Below are positions 1-16,000 of a stretch of 64,000 bases of DNA, piece by piece; the stretch's first letter is position 1; every line of letters begins with the position of its first letter. The notes beneath the pieces were generated by a model. It was not told the origin of the DNA, made no database searches, and worked only from the letters and a program-made list of their open reading frames with translations. The stretch lies in contig OX597830.1 in NCBI GenBank assembly GCA_951406725.2, positions 9,734,001 to 9,798,000 of the forward strand. Direction: 5' to 3'. The stretch is from Octopus vulgaris. Its lineage: Eukaryota. Made by a program: the position numbers and the translations under genes.

Positions 1-231
<231 letters not shown>

Positions 232-340
232 ATACTTAATTTCACATGCACTTATACATGCATATATACATACACACTTGTATGCATGTATATGTGTATA
301 CAAATGATAATGACAATAATAATGATAATAATACTTTATA

Positions 341-965
341 CTAAAGGCACAAGGGCTGAAATTTGCGGGGATGTGTTAATCGATTACGTCAATCCTAGTG
401 TTCAACTGATACTTATTTTATCGACCCTGAAGGGATGAAAGGCAAAGCCGACGTCGGCGGAAATTGAACTCAGAACGTAAAGCCGGAAAAAATTCGCTAG
501 GCGTTCTGTCGAGCGTGTTAAGAATTCTGCTAATATTGCTTTGAAATTCTAGCAGAAGGGCAAAATTTTGGAGTAGGGGTAAGTCGATCACATTGAGCCC
601 AGAGATCAACGGTTACTTATTTTGTCGACTCCGAAACAATGAAAGGCAAAGTCGAACCCGACGGAATTTGAAATCAGAACGTAAAACCGTAAACTATCTC
701 TTTGGATTTTTTCGGCGCGTTAACCATTCTTCTAACTCACCGCCCTTGGTAAAACAAATATCGATTCGTATACTTGTTGTGATTTCTGCCATCCCGCTGC
801 CTTTACTTTCCTGGTTCAGCCACTACTACTACTACTACTACTACTACTGCAGATTATATAAACACCAGTATTTATCTACCCCGACAGAATAATATGTAAA
901 GTTAATCTCGGAGCGTAAAGTGCTAAAGACATACCACAAGACACTTTGTTCGACGCGCTAATGAT
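341..965 (-). mobile_element. Three degenerate copies of SINE family B (tRNA head plus Meta-like domain)
   Basis: Reverse-complement matches to 'gagttcaaattccgccgaggtcgactttgcctttcatcctttcggggtcgataaa' at about 341-532, 550-745 and 870-965. Confidence 0.8.
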
Positions 966-980
966 TATCGGTTATAGCAT

Positions 981-1271
981 ACTCTTTACTCTTACTCTTT
1001 ACTCTTTTACTTGTTCCAGTCATTTGACTATGGCCATGCTGGAGTACTGTCTTTAGTCGAACAAATCGATCCCAGTACTTATTCTTTGTAAGCCTAGTAC
1101 TAATTCTATTGGTCTCTTTTGCCGAACCGCTAAGACACGGGGACGTAAGTAAACATCGGTTGTCAAGCGATGTTAGGGGGACAAACACAGACATACAAAC
1201 ATACACACACACGCACACACACACACACGCACACACGCAAACACACACACACACGCACACACATATACATA

Positions 1272-1343
<72 letters not shown>

Positions 1344-1515
1344 CATATATGCGACGGGCTTCTTTCAGTTTCCGTCTACCAAATCCACTCACAAGGCTTT
1401 GGTCGGCCCGAGACTATAGTAGAAGACACTCACCCAAGGTGCCACGCTGTGGGACTGAACATGGAATCATGTGGTTCGTAAGCAAACTATTTACCACTCA
1501 GCCACTCTTACGCTT
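981..1515 (-). mobile_element. SINE family A (tRNA head, CORE-like segment, internal CA/AT microsatellite, (GAGTAAA)n tail)
   Basis: Full-length reverse complement of the 5846-6268 copy. Resembles the octopus tRNA-derived SINEs (from memory). Confidence 0.92.
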
Positions 1516-1959
1516 ATGACGTACGATGAAAACTGCCTAAAAAATGGTTCAGAATTTAGGCACAAAGCTAGCAATTTTTGAGGGGAGGGGGCAAATCGAT
1601 TACATCGATATCAGGATTTAATTGTTACTTGTTTATGTTCTTGGCCCAGAAACTGCATGAGAGGCAAAGTTGGGTACGGTTGGGTTTGAACTAGAATACG
1701 TCAAGAAAAAAAGGGTGGAGGGGCGAGAGTAAAGGAAAGAAAGAGAGGAAGAATGAGAAAAGAGAGGAAGTAAAAAACAAAAAAAGAGGAGGACAAGAAG
1801 AAAGAGAGAGGGAGATAGGCAGAAGAGGAAAGAGAAGGGAGAGGAAGAGAAAAAAGGAGAAAGGAAGAGAAGAAGGAATTAGGAAACGAAAATTTCTGTG
1901 GATATTTGAGAGAAAACTGAAATTATTGAAGCATGAAAATATAGGGTTTAAAGGACGAG

Positions 1960-2107
1960 GAAACACTACTACTACAACTACTGCCACCGCCACCACCACC
2001 ACCACTGCTGCTGTTGCTGCTCCTCCTACTTCCGCTGCTCCTCCCCCTGCTACCACAACTACATAGGTTGCTGCTGCAACTACTACCACCACCACTACTA
2101 CTACTAT

Positions 2108-2142
<35 letters not shown>

Positions 2143-2194
2143 ATACTACTACTAATAATAATAATAATAATGATTATAATAATACTGCTACTGC

Positions 2195-2230
<36 letters not shown>

Positions 2231-2410
2231 TGTTGTTGTTGTTGTAGTAGTAGTAGTAATAGTATTTGTAGTAGTAGTAGTAGTAATCTGGATAGTGGTT
2301 GTAGTAGTAGTAGTAGTAGTGTGGGTGGTAGCGGTAGTAGTAGAAATTGTTGTTGTAGTAGTGGTGATAGTAGTAGCGACAGTGGTACAGCTTGCGGTAG
2401 TGGTGGTTGT
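1960..2410. repeat. Compound trinucleotide microsatellite (ACT/AAT/GTA), partly self-complementary
   Basis: A (CTA)n tract followed by a (TAG)n tract. Confidence 0.9.
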
Positions 2411-3007
2411 AGGGTTTCCAAGAAGTTCCTTGTAGTCTTGAAGTAATTAAAAATTCTAGGATTAACGTGTTTGTTGTGTGTGTATGTATATATGTATATA
2501 TGTATGTATGTGGGCGTACACGCGAATGTGTGTGCTTATCTGAGTATAGGTGTGTGTGTGTGCGTGTATGGTTGTGTCCGTGTGTGTATGTGTGTGTGCG
2601 TGCCAATACATATTTCCAGGAAAATTTAAACGGTGGGAAAATGTCACGAGAGGCGATATCGACAGAGTATATTCGTTGTAATTGTTCATAATGTTGTTGC
2701 GACTGTTTAAACCCGGGACATTCTTTATCCAGTACAGGCATATGACTGAAAAGAGGTTAGTGTTTGATCATCCAGACCATCATACTCACATATACCTAAA
2801 GCAGTGTTTCTCAACCATATTTTGGCTATGGAACCGTTTGGTTCTTATTTTGCTCTGGTGGATCCCCAGAGCTATTCAAAGTTTTTAAAAAAACTAATTT
2901 TAAACGTGCTTCTTTCAAAATTCCTATTTTTGCTTTTCACACATTAACTTGTGTTGGTTGAAGTTTATAAAGCATTACAGAGAGAAATCTTGCTCCTAAA
3001 AGGAATG

Positions 3008-3330
3008 CAGCGAGTTGGCAGAAACGTTAGCACGTCGGGTAAAATGCTTAGCGGTATTTCGTCTGCCGTTACGTTGTGAGTTCAAATTCCGCCGAGGTCG
3101 ACTTTGCCTTTCATCCTTTCGGAGTCGATTAAATTAAGTACCAGTTACGCATTGGGGTCGATATAATCGACTTAATCCCTTTGTCTGTCCTCTCTGTGTT
3201 TAGCTCCTTGTGGGTAGTAAGGAAATAGGTATTTCGTTTGCCACTACGTTGTGAGTTCAAATTCGGCCGAGGTCGACTTTTCCTTTCATCCTTTCGAGAT
3301 CGATAAATTAAGTACCAGTTACGCACTGGT
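3008..3330 (+). mobile_element. SINE family B, dimeric form (second unit truncated)
   Basis: Head 'gcgagttggcagaaacgttagcacg', B-box 'gagttcaaattcc', and the Meta-like domain repeated twice. Confidence 0.9.
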
Positions 3331-3460
3331 ACGTCAATGATCGATTAGCATTAGCAATCAAACTGTAATTCTTCTCATGGGTAAATCCGGGTTCGCTTCC
3401 CTAGATTAAGAATATTATGAGAAGTGTAAATTTCTCTGGGTTATGAATATTATCAAGTCA

Positions 3461-3500
3461 CTCATCTGATGACGTGTCGGTACACAGATAGCGTTGAATT
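3461..3500 (+). ncRNA. Degenerate minimal type I hammerhead-like motif
   Basis: CTGATGA, then c-GTGT-cggt-ACAC-a (stem II), then GATA in place of GAAA, then GCGTT. Confidence 0.35.
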
Positions 3501-3636
3501 ACATTTACTTATAATAACTTATGTAAAAACTCCGAAAGTAACAACTGGTACCATTGCACAGAAACAATTGTTGTAATTCGTAATAAAATCTTGTTCATTC
3601 CATTTTCTTGTTTTATATATGTATTGTTGTCCCGCC

Positions 3637-4030
3637 TTTTATCTTTTACTCGTTTCAGTCAGTAGACTGCGGCCAAGCTGGAGCACCGACTCGAATGATT
3701 TGTATTTTTTTCTTTTAGTCAAATAAATCGACCCCGGTACTTATTTTTCTATTAAGCCTGGTACTTATTCGATCGATCTCCTCTGCCGAACCACTAAATG
3801 ACGGAGACGTAAGAACACGAACACTGGTTGTTATGCGGTGGTGGAGAAAAAAAACAAACACACACACACACGCACACACATACATACACATACAGTTTCG
3901 ATGTATCAAATCCACTCACAAGAGTTTGATTGGCCTGAGGCTACAGTCGAAAACACTTGCTCAAGGTATCACGCAGTGGGACTGAACCCAGAACCATGTG
4001 GTTGGGAAGCAAGCGTCTTACCACACAGAC
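3637..4030 (-). mobile_element. SINE family A, diverged
   Basis: Same tail, body and head as 981-1515. Confidence 0.88.
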
Positions 4031-4689
4031 AATATATATATATATAAGTGTGTTTGCGTTGGTGGAAACTCCGAAACAAATATTTGTAGACTAGATAAAG
4101 TATATAGATTAAAGTATAAAGCATTATTAGATTAGTTAAACGATTTAAGGCCCAATGGAAATTGTACGACGTTGTGGCCATAGTATTGCAGAAACGAGAA
4201 AGATACCAGGTGAACGAGACCAATACCTTAACAATATATACCTGACAGGTGTGTGGGTTTGTCTGAGATCATTGTTTCCTTTCTGTGGTATTGTTTAGTT
4301 TGGCATTGATCTTCCCGCTACAGGAGAGACCAAAGATAATATGGCTGTCAGGTGTAACGTGACGATTCATGAAGCGTGGCTATTACTATTGAAACAGGTT
4401 TACACATGACAGTGAGTGAGCGAGAGGGAAAGAAAAAAGAGAAAAGAGAGAGAGAGAGGGAGAGAAAAGAGCGAAGAGAGAGAGAAAGAGAGATGGGAAT
4501 GACAAAACGTGGAATGACAGACGTAGAGAAAGACACACAATGCGGAAAATAGGGGAGTGTGAAGAGATGAAAGAGAGGTTGACAAATATAATACCAGTAA
4601 TAAACTGCGGTGAACAAAATATATGCCGATGACGATCTCTACTCGGCATATAGAGTTTGTGTATATGCATTCGTTAAAAAGTAAAACAA

Positions 4690-4990
4690 CAATGGCGCTC
4701 CGTCGGTCGCAACAATAAGAGTCCCACTTGATCCGATCAGCTGAACAGCCAGTTCCTGGAATAGACGTGCAAGTGGCTGAGTACTCCACAGACACGTGTA
4801 CCCTTAGCGTAGTTCTCAGGGAGATTAAGTGTGACACAGGTACAAATCTTTTCCGCTCGCTGAGTGCACTAGAGCAACGTGAAATTAAATGTCTTGCTCA
4901 ATGATACAACGCTGCATCAGTAATCGAACCCACGCCTTTACGTTACGATCGAGAGCCGAATACCCTAACCACTTGGCCACACGATTTCAC
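4690..4990 (-). mobile_element. tRNA-head/CORE-like SINE with Nin/Deu-like body (family E)
   Basis: Body 'gtgcaagtggctgagtactccacagacacgtgtacccttagcgtagttctcagggagatt' recurs at 19283, 35120 and 44050. The domain name is from memory. Confidence 0.8.
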
Positions 4991-5095
4991 ATGTACGGAC
5001 ACTGTTAATGACAGGCATCACATCAACCACACACGGCCATTAGGCATCGCCATCTGTCGGTTTCTGTAAAAAGCTCAAGCCATGCTGTTTGTGTA

Positions 5096-5700
<605 letters not shown>

Positions 5701-5845
5701 CTTTTGGAGTATTCTTGCTCATCTTCATGATTCTGATATTTTAATTATTTGTTGCAGATTTTCCTCTTTGTATCACCATAACTGTGTGTGCGTATGTATA
5801 TATATATCAATATCTATATCTATATATTTATCTATCTATCTACCT

Positions 5846-6392
<547 letters not shown>

Positions 6393-6762
6393 TTCATTAC
6401 ATAATACCACTATAAACCCACGCTGAATTCCAATATCAAATTATCGAAATACATTAACCTTAGATTTTGCTGTTTATTTTCGGGTGTTGTGTGCCAATAC
6501 CCTTGGTAGTCGCCTGTCAAAAGTGAATTTCTTAGAATATATTTTATTACGTCATATACGTGAGCAGATAGCATTCTCGTATCCGCACACCTGTTCAATT
6601 TACTCTGTATATTTGTCATTATATCTATATATTCAACGTATAGGTATAGAAAATAGAAAAATATAAATTCATTCCTTTCTACACAGAACCTTTGAAAACG
6701 TTACGTATATATTTAAGTATGACCACACGCATTTAAAATATACATAACTACATAATGTATAC

Positions 6763-6837
<75 letters not shown>

Positions 6838-6952
6838 ATATATATGTGTGTGTGTGAAGGGATGCCTGCGTGTGTATATGTGTGCATGTGTACATGTATG
6901 TTTATATATTAATATATATATACACATATATATATATATATATATATGTATG

Positions 6953-6989
<37 letters not shown>

Positions 6990-7980
6990 ATGTGTGCGTG
7001 TGTGTGTGTGTGTAAGTATATATATATATATATATATATATGCATACACGCGTAGATTTATATGATTAAATATATTTCTCTGTGTGCGCGTATGCAATAT
7101 GAATATATGCTATAATGCTTGGATATAAAAATTATATTCCCCTTTCATTTGTTTATACATATGACAATATTAATAATAAATTTTTCTAGTTTAATGTATT
7201 TGCGATCAGATTAGACATACACACAGACACTCAAACACACACGTACACAAACACACGCACACACAGTTATAGGTATAGGTGTGTTTCTGTCAATGTACGC
7301 ATGCGTTAGTGTGTTTGCTATGTGGGAAAACTTTTAAGGACAGCTGAAGATATTATTATACCTTCAACAATAGCAATTCAGAATTATCTCCAACGTACTC
7401 AGATAATCCTTTCATTTAAAATAAGATACATATACATACATACACACACATACATACATACGTACATTTCTACATACGAACATACATACATATGTGCATA
7501 CATACACTCATATATATATATAGAGACATATAGATATTTATATATACAGGTGTGTATATAAAACAGGCAAATGAAAATACAAATTTCCCTATTTGAAAGC
7601 ATTTTTAGATTTCTCTGAAAGATTCCCCAAAATTACTGCTAAACAAGCTTTTATCGAAAAATAAGTAAATGAAAAAAAAAAAAACCCCAGCAAGGTTACT
7701 TCATGATACTGGGCGGTGTTAAGCAGAATAATGTCGGTGGTATCATCGTGAAATTCATCGAACGGCGTTCCTTTACTGTGATTCTGTTTCTGTACTTATC
7801 TTCGGATAAATGGCACCAGCAAAGAGGGAAGGAACTAATGATGACAGAACTTTAATGTTATTTTGTGACCTGCTGAAAATAGCAGCGAATTAATGTTAAA
7901 ATCTGTCCTCGGTTTTCTGTTGAAAAGAAGGATATGTCGGATAAGTAGTGAAGAAAAATGGCGAATTGATAACAGCATAA

Positions 7981-8210
7981 ACCTATTTCTTTACTACCCA
8001 CAAGGGGCTAAACACAGAGGGGACGAACAAGGACGGGCAAACGGATCAAGTCGGTTATATCGACTTCAGTGCCTAACTGGTACTTATTTAATCGATCCCG
8101 AAAGGATGAAAAGCAAAGTCGACCTCGGCGGAATTTGAACTCAGAACGTAACAGCAGACGAAATACCGTTGAGCATTTCGCCCGGCGTGCTAACGTTTCT
8201 GCCAGCTCGC
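7981..8210 (-). mobile_element. SINE family B monomer
   Basis: Reverse complement of the first unit of 49375-49600. Confidence 0.92.
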
Positions 8211-8372
8211 TGTTTTTGGTATATATATCTACTGAAATGGGACACTGTAAGAAAAAAAACAACAACAATAGCAACAACAACGAGACAACAACAATAGCAA
8301 AACAACAATAATAGGAACAAAAAAGGCAAATAAACACCGTCTAACGAACTAAAGAGCAGCGATATATCAACT

Positions 8373-8640
8373 ATATTGACAGAATCATAAATCTTTGAGA
8401 ATTTGTAGATAAATTTACATACAATGGTAAATCTCGGAGAATTTCTATAAAGTTATTGATAGAATGAAGAAGAAGAATAAATCTAGGACAAATTTTTGAA
8501 TAATATTGATAAAATGGTAAAGTCTAGGGAATTTTTTCAACAATATTAATAGAATAGTAAAATTGAAGGAGATTTGATGAACAATATCGATAGAATTTTG
8601 AATACAAGAGAATTTATTGAAGAATATTGATAGGATAACA
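8373..8640. repeat. Degenerate ~39-bp minisatellite, about 7 units
   Basis: Recurring 'aatattgatagaatggtaaatctaggagaatttttgaa'-like unit. Confidence 0.7.
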
Positions 8641-8799
8641 GATGAATTTGCATGTATGTATGTATACATGGATACATCTATATACATATATAGACAATGC
8701 GATAACATTTATGTGTGTGTATACATACATACATACATACATACACATATATATATATACACATACGTAGACGCACACATACACATATATATATATATA

Positions 8800-9008
8800 T
8801 CTTTTACTATTTTACTTGTTTCAGTCATTTGACTATGTCCATGCTGGAGCACCGCCTTTAGTCGAGCAAATCGACCCCAAGACTTATTCTTTGTATGCCT
8901 AGTACTTATACTATCTGTTTCTTTTGCCGAACCGCTAAGTTACAGGGACGTAAACTCACCACCATCGGTTGTCAAGCGATGTTGGGGGCGGGGGGCAAAC
9001 ATATACAG

Positions 9009-9067
<59 letters not shown>

Positions 9068-9233
9068 TACGACGGGCTTCTTTCAGTTTCCGTCTACCAC
9101 ATCCACTCACAAGGCTTTGATCGACCCGAGGCTATAGTAGAAGACACTTGCCCAATGTGCCACGCAGTGGCACTGAACTCGGAACCATGTGGTTAGTAAG
9201 CAAGCTGCTTACCACACAGCCACTCCTACACCC
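8800..9233 (-). mobile_element. SINE family A
   Basis: Full tail-to-head match. Confidence 0.92.
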
Positions 9234-9631
9234 ATACGACTGGTATCGCAGCTACTTAATTTACTTAATTTCAAAGTTCTGCCACAAAATTGTTGCTTTG
9301 TTGTAATGGTTAGCAGAGTCAAACGGTTAACAGCCGAAGAAACTTTCGAATGACAAAAGCGATATTGTTTATCTACGTGCTATTGAATTCCGGCCAGGCT
9401 CTGGAGCCGACCTAAACGGTGTTAGTCAAGCTAATCAGCCATAATTGATTTGCGCACCGAAACTTACTGCAAACATGAAGTTGACGGCAGTCTCCTTTCA
9501 ACTTCCGCCTGTTAAATCCACTTGTCACTTTAGTCGACCCAGAACTATATTAGATGGAACTCACCCAAGGTGGGACTGCATTTAAAACTATGCGATTAAG
9601 AGATAAACTTTTTACTAGAAATAATGCCCGC

Positions 9632-9754
<123 letters not shown>

Positions 9755-9778
9755 CATACATATATATGCATATATATG

Positions 9779-9841
<63 letters not shown>

Positions 9842-10137
9842 TAAGACCCCGTTCGGTCATCAGGCACAAGTCCCGGCAAGGTTGTTTATGGAAGACCAGC
9901 AGTCACCCATGCATATCGACCTCCCCTCCTCACGCCACGTGTGTTATCCAAGGGAAAGGCAAAGGTCGATACAGCTTGACACCTGTGACGTCGCAACTCA
10001 TTTCTACAGCTGAGTGAACTGGAGCAACGTGAAATAAAGTGTCTTGCTCAAGAAGACAACACGCAATCCGGTTCGGCATTCGAACTCACAACCTCACGAT
10101 CGTAAGCTCGACGCTCTAACCACTGAGCCATGCGCGT

Positions 10138-10142
<5 letters not shown>
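9842..10142 (-). mobile_element. tRNA-head/CORE-like SINE (family D)
   Basis: Minus-strand head 'gcgcatggctcagtggttagagcg...gagttcgaatgcc' with clear A and B boxes, then 'ttcttgagcaagacactttatttcacgttgctccagttcactcagctg'. Embedded in (AT)n. Confidence 0.88.
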
Positions 10143-10220
<78 letters not shown>

Positions 10221-10235
10221 ATATATATATGTATG

Positions 10236-10275
<40 letters not shown>

Positions 10276-10283
10276 CATACATA

Positions 10284-10332
<49 letters not shown>

Positions 10333-10840
10333 ATCTATGATTGATTTTTTGTGTCAACAACTTGGCTCCTGTTTTCTGGTTTTTCACAAATCCATATTGA
10401 CTTTTAATCAACAGTGTAATTAACCTTAATTATGGAAGTGGATTGATCAAATCGATTGCATTTGACACGTTTAGACATGTACATTAATCTTATAACCTTA
10501 GTAAAATGGTTAAAAATATAATCGACACCCTACATTTGGAGTCAGAAGACAATGGGTGAGAGTAGTCACTATAGAGCTTTTAATCCGCTTTCAACCAGAT
10601 TTTACCAATGTATTAGGTCTCACTTGAAAGAAAAAAATCTGAGTACAAAATATCTAACCTGAGACGAAAAACCCTTTCTCCAGGTAGGAATGAAGTAAAA
10701 AAATAAATAACAATTTTCTGGCTACAGCGAATACCCTCTCCTTCCCTTTACCATTACCCGCTCAAAAGGGCATTTGTAGGGTTATTGCTGGTTAGATATA
10801 TGGGCGTATATGTAGAGAGGACTTTGGCATTTATGAAGAA

Positions 10841-12145
10841 GTAGCAGTATAACCCGGCCTTGCCCGGGATTAAGTTACGATTATTAAGCTAATGAAGTTC
10901 TTTATTTCAAATGAAACTAAGTAATATCCACGTCAAATCTGGGCAAAATCCGTGGAAATTGGTAGGGTTATTTAGGGAAATAAAGATAACTTCTGTTATA
11001 TGCTTGAAGGCTCTGCTGTCAGGTGTTTGCAATGTTCCTGAGATATTTAAAAGGCAGAGCTGATATATTAAATAAATGGATTTTCAACAAAATACTTTTT
11101 TACTCGGCGTAAAATAAAAACAAAACTATTTCGCACCCAAAGTAATATATGTGTGAGAGAGAGGGGGGAGAAAGATGAACGATTTAAAATAAATATATTG
11201 TAATTGTTGTGTGAGAAATTATTTATAAACAATTGCAGCGTGGAAGGTGTTTGTAAGCCATTTAAGAAACACACAAAAGCCGTTCGATTCACTTCAACAT
11301 TTAAGTTTAATTTGTCAAAATATTTTCCTCGCTTTCAGACCGCGACATGTTCACTGACAAAAATCCGTGCTGCATCTCCGAGATGCAGCACGGATTTTTG
11401 TCAGTGAACAGGTCGCGGTCTTATAGCGACGAAAATATTTTGACAAATAAAACTTAAATGTTGAAGTGAATCGAACGGCTTTTGTGTGTTTCTTAAATGG
11501 CTTACAAACACCTTCCACGATGCAATTGTTTTCCTTCCAGTACACGATCTCAGATCAAATCACTTGCTATGCAAGTACATCTCCAAAATTATATATAATC
11601 TGATTATAAAATATAGTGTCTTTCAAAAACATTCTAAATTTGAACACTATATCTCGTGTTTAAGAAAAAACATTTTACATTTTATTTTTTATGAACGCTG
11701 TGACTTACTCTCCCTCCCCCCTCTCTCTCTCTCTCACTTTGTCTTTACCTCTTTTTTGTTGGATCGCTGTCAAACTGTCTCCCACTTTTCCTTACGCATA
11801 CTTTTTCTTTACTATTTTTGTTAGACGTTGCAAAACACTCTCTCTCCCTCATACACACACACACATACACACATACATCAACACACAACTTCTCTCTCTT
11901 CCTCACACACACACTTTCGCTTGGCTATGGCTAGAAGGGACTTAACTCATGTTAACAACCTTCAAAGTAGGTAAACGCTATGGCTGAAAATAGATTTTTA
12001 CCGCTATCCGCGGGTGCCTCGGGAAAAAAATAAGTTGACAAAACCCAGGTAGGATGTTGACGAATGTCCTCCTAAAATTGGAGCGACATGCGTGATAATT
12101 TGTGGACATACACCAACACACATCCTGCCTTATATATTTACAGAT
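10841..12145 (+). mobile_element. Helentron/DINE-1-like non-autonomous element, interrupted by the 11227-11531 palindrome
   Basis: 5' 'tagcagtataacccggccttgcccggg' hairpin and 3' 'acacacatcctgccttatatatttacagat', resembling HINE termini. Confidence 0.55.
11227..11531. mobile_element. Near-perfect 305-bp palindrome, PLE-like inverted pLTR with an HHR-shaped motif
   Basis: Arms of ~152 bp around a 1-nt centre at 11379. HHR-like fold at 11397-11447. Confidence 0.8.
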
Positions 12146-12273
12146 GAGTTCGAGTCTCATGGCTGGCCGTTGACAAATTTTCCCGCAAAATATGGATATT
12201 TTACCCTATTGCTGCTGTTCTCTCAGTATTATTCTGCATTTGAGATTAAAGTATTTCCCTATATATATATATA

Positions 12274-12543
<270 letters not shown>

Positions 12544-12564
12544 TAGATAGATAGATAGATAGAC

Positions 12565-12624
<60 letters not shown>

Positions 12625-12631
12625 GTAAACG

Positions 12632-12885
12632 ATAGCGCATGGCCTATTGATTAGGGTACTGCACTCACGGTTGATCGTCATTTCGATTTTCGGACCGACC
12701 ACGTGTTGTGTTATTCAGCAGAACATTTCATTTCATGTTGCTCTGACCAGTTCTGCTGTGAATGGGTAACCAAATGACGGACTCGTTTCTCATCAGTGTT
12801 GGCCTGCTTGCTAGGCCGGCGAGACGGCATCATTCGAAATTTAAAACAATGTCAGCCTCATTCTGAACAGCGGTGTATAACAAGT
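12632..12885 (+). mobile_element. Old tRNA-head/CORE-like SINE with the tail also seen at 12274-12392
   Basis: Head 'gcgcatggcctattgattagggtac', CORE-like segment, tail 'tgttggcctgcttgctag'. Confidence 0.7.
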
Positions 12886-13288
12886 TCCTCTCGTTTGGGC
12901 GATACTCTGTTATGTATATATACACACAGATACGCACACGCACGCACGGACACACATAGACACACATACTCACACACAGACACAGCATACGTAGATATTT
13001 ATGTATATTTATGTTTCTATAAATATATCTACCCTCGTTTCACTCTCTCCCTATACATAAGCACATATATGCGCGCACACACACACACATATATATATAC
13101 GTTCACAAATACACACACACACATATATGCCTGCTTGGACATGCGTATGAAATATATAAACATATATACATATACATACCTACACACACATACATGCATA
13201 CATATATATACATACATTTGTATATATATATATATGTATATAAATATATGTATATATATAAATATGTATATATACATATATATATACA

Positions 13289-13329
<41 letters not shown>

Positions 13330-13347
13330 ACCCACAAACTCACACGC

Positions 13348-13390
<43 letters not shown>

Positions 13391-14191
13391 AGTTTGTGTG
13401 TATGTATGTATGCATATATATTTATATACACATACATATATTTTCAAGTATTTAGCAGGTGGCAAACGGTATACAGTGTTGACGACACAAAGCAGGGCAC
13501 GAGAGAGTGTACATTAGTTGGAAAGTGGTTTTGTTGACTCTGTGTTTATACAACAGTTGTATAGCTGTGTTTTGGTGGGCTGGATTGCATCTGAAGTGGA
13601 CATTTTCTCGATCCTTACTTCAACAAATGACTGAGGATTGGTCAACGTTAACACATGTCGGCAAACATCATTGTCATCTTCAGTTTAATTCAAAAGATAA
13701 TATGACGTGAAGTGCCCATTGTAAGAGTCCTTCGCCCCGAAAACTCGCGAAGTGGGTTGTTTATTGTGAAGGGTGAACAACCGCAAAAACTGGAAAGGTG
13801 TGAAGTGAAATTGTTTTATAATAACGTTGAGTATTTTAGGTCATATAATTAAACGAAAGAATTCATAAAGAAATTTAATCACGGTCATTAGGTTTTATTT
13901 AAGTAAGTATGGATAATGTATTACAACGACATATAAAGGGACTTAAACGTGCTGAAAATATCGGAGATGTTTAAAATGGGTATTTTGGAATTAAGGGTCT
14001 TGACGGAATGTGCTTTCTTGCTAAGAGTTTCGAAGGCAATGTGGATTTATAAACACGCTAAAACGTTGTAATTATTTCAAGCTATCCTGATAATAAAAGA
14101 TTTTATGAATAATAAATAATACCTACGTATTACACATGCACACACACACATACACACACACACACATATACACACACTCACACACACACAC

Positions 14192-14244
<53 letters not shown>

Positions 14245-14539
14245 CACACATACATATATACATAGGTAGATAGGTAGATATATAGATAGACAGATATAGA
14301 TATAGATGAAGCTATAAAATGATTAATATATACATATATATTCCGTATATACCCGACTAATTGCTGATCTTGTGTAAATTCGACCTCCTACTTTTGGCTA
14401 AAAAATTGGGAATTTTCCATAGACCCCGTCTAAAAGTCGACCCTAATATATCACGAACAACAGGACAACATTTGTAGGTCAAGGTACCGTATTATCTTGT
14501 ACGTATAAATAACACTGTTACAATATTGTGTAACAATGA

Positions 14540-15441
14540 TACACAACGATCCCTTCAAGTCAATCAGGTTCAATGCCTGGGACATGTGAGTGTCTGAGTT
14601 CCTTATCAGACAGTTAGTGCATAAATGCATTCGGTATTCCTCATATAAGATAAGAAGGACAATTTTTTCTCTCAAACCATCAAGGACAAGAGGAAAGACC
14701 ACGCTACGAAGCTTTAAACAAACTGAAGCTTTCCCTCAAACCGAACATGCTTTGGTTTTTCTCAGATGAAAAAAATTTCTGCCAGGATCAGATGGTGAAC
14801 ACACAGATCAACCGTTGGCCAGACGTGCTCCTAAAACATGTACCGAGAGTGATAAAAATCAGTGAACATCATGATGCTTGCAGTTATCACTAGTGATGGC
14901 GATGTAGTGCCTCCAATCGTCTTCCCACACGGTCTCAGACTGAACACGAAGTCCTACATCAAGTGCCTGGAAGAGGTAGTGTTATCCTGGCTCAAGCAGG
15001 TGGCTGCTGGAAGACCCTGTGTCTGGCAACAGAACTCTGCATCATTCCACACAAACAGGAGAACACAGCCATGGCTGTCAGACAATTTCTGCAACCACAT
15101 CAACCCTAAAAGCTGGCTCCCTATCTCCTCAGACTGCAACCCACTTGGTTATTATGCGCGGGACGCAGTTGAGCGGGAGACCAACAAAACCTCTAGTAAC
15201 ATCAAAGATGAACTGAATGCAGGGATTATGACAGTATTCACCAACTTAAACAAGAGGACCGCCCTGAAGAGTTGCAGGAGATCCCAAAGTCGCCTGGAGG
15301 CCGTGGTTGAAGCCAATGGCAATTATACTGAATAAATTACTCATTAGTTTTTCAAGATATTTTAATGTAATCTGGATAAATATATCTGTTAAAAGGGTAT
15401 TTTCATTTTTGCGTAATTCAAACGTTATTCACCACACCCTG
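14540..15441 (+). mobile_element. Tc1/mariner DD37D (maT-like) transposase remnant with right TIR
   Basis: WFFSDEKNF at ~14753, then WQQ(N)SA...SDCNPL(G)YY with 37 residues between the two mutated catalytic positions. Ends 'caccacaccctg' plus TA. Frameshifted. Confidence 0.9.
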
Positions 15442-15930
15442 TATATATATATAGTAATTATAATATTAATAAGAATTATAAGAATTATAAAAATAAAACA
15501 ACAAACGAACGGTTGAGTGGGAGATAGAATTTTAAAAAGTCCGGAAAACTACGAAAGAAATGTAAAAATAGGAAAATTGAATTTTCATGCAAAATCGATT
15601 AGGCTCGGAAGCAATGATGGATCTGACATTTATTTCAAATATGTTATATCTATTAATTTAAGGTCGTCGTTCATCGCGGGGATCCACTCGGGATTTAATA
15701 TGATATATGCATATATATATATATATATATATGACAGAGTCGCACTAAGTATACTGAGAATCGGAGTTATAGCAATGAGATTAACATGTACTTGGTAGTA
15801 GAGAAAACAGCACTCCTTGTTACTCATATTTAAATATTAAAGGACATTCATCTCTTTTCCCCTGCCCTTCACTTTTTCTCTTTTTATATCTGACTTCCTG
15901 TATTGGACCATGTCACACGGGCTTTCTATA

Positions 15931-15997
<67 letters not shown>

Positions 15998-16000
<3 letters not shown>

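Noticed and set aside
8373-8640. CRISPR-like periodicity
   Set aside because: Contiguous degenerate units with no unique spacers and no cas genes, in a eukaryotic context.
9842-10142. Functional tRNA gene
   Set aside because: A and B boxes are present, but the acceptor stem is not closed and the sequence continues into a SINE body. The same applies to the other heads.
14340-14520. pogo/Tigger-like terminal sequences ('ccgtatatacccga', 'taccgtatt')
   Set aside because: No matching opposite TIR and too short to call.
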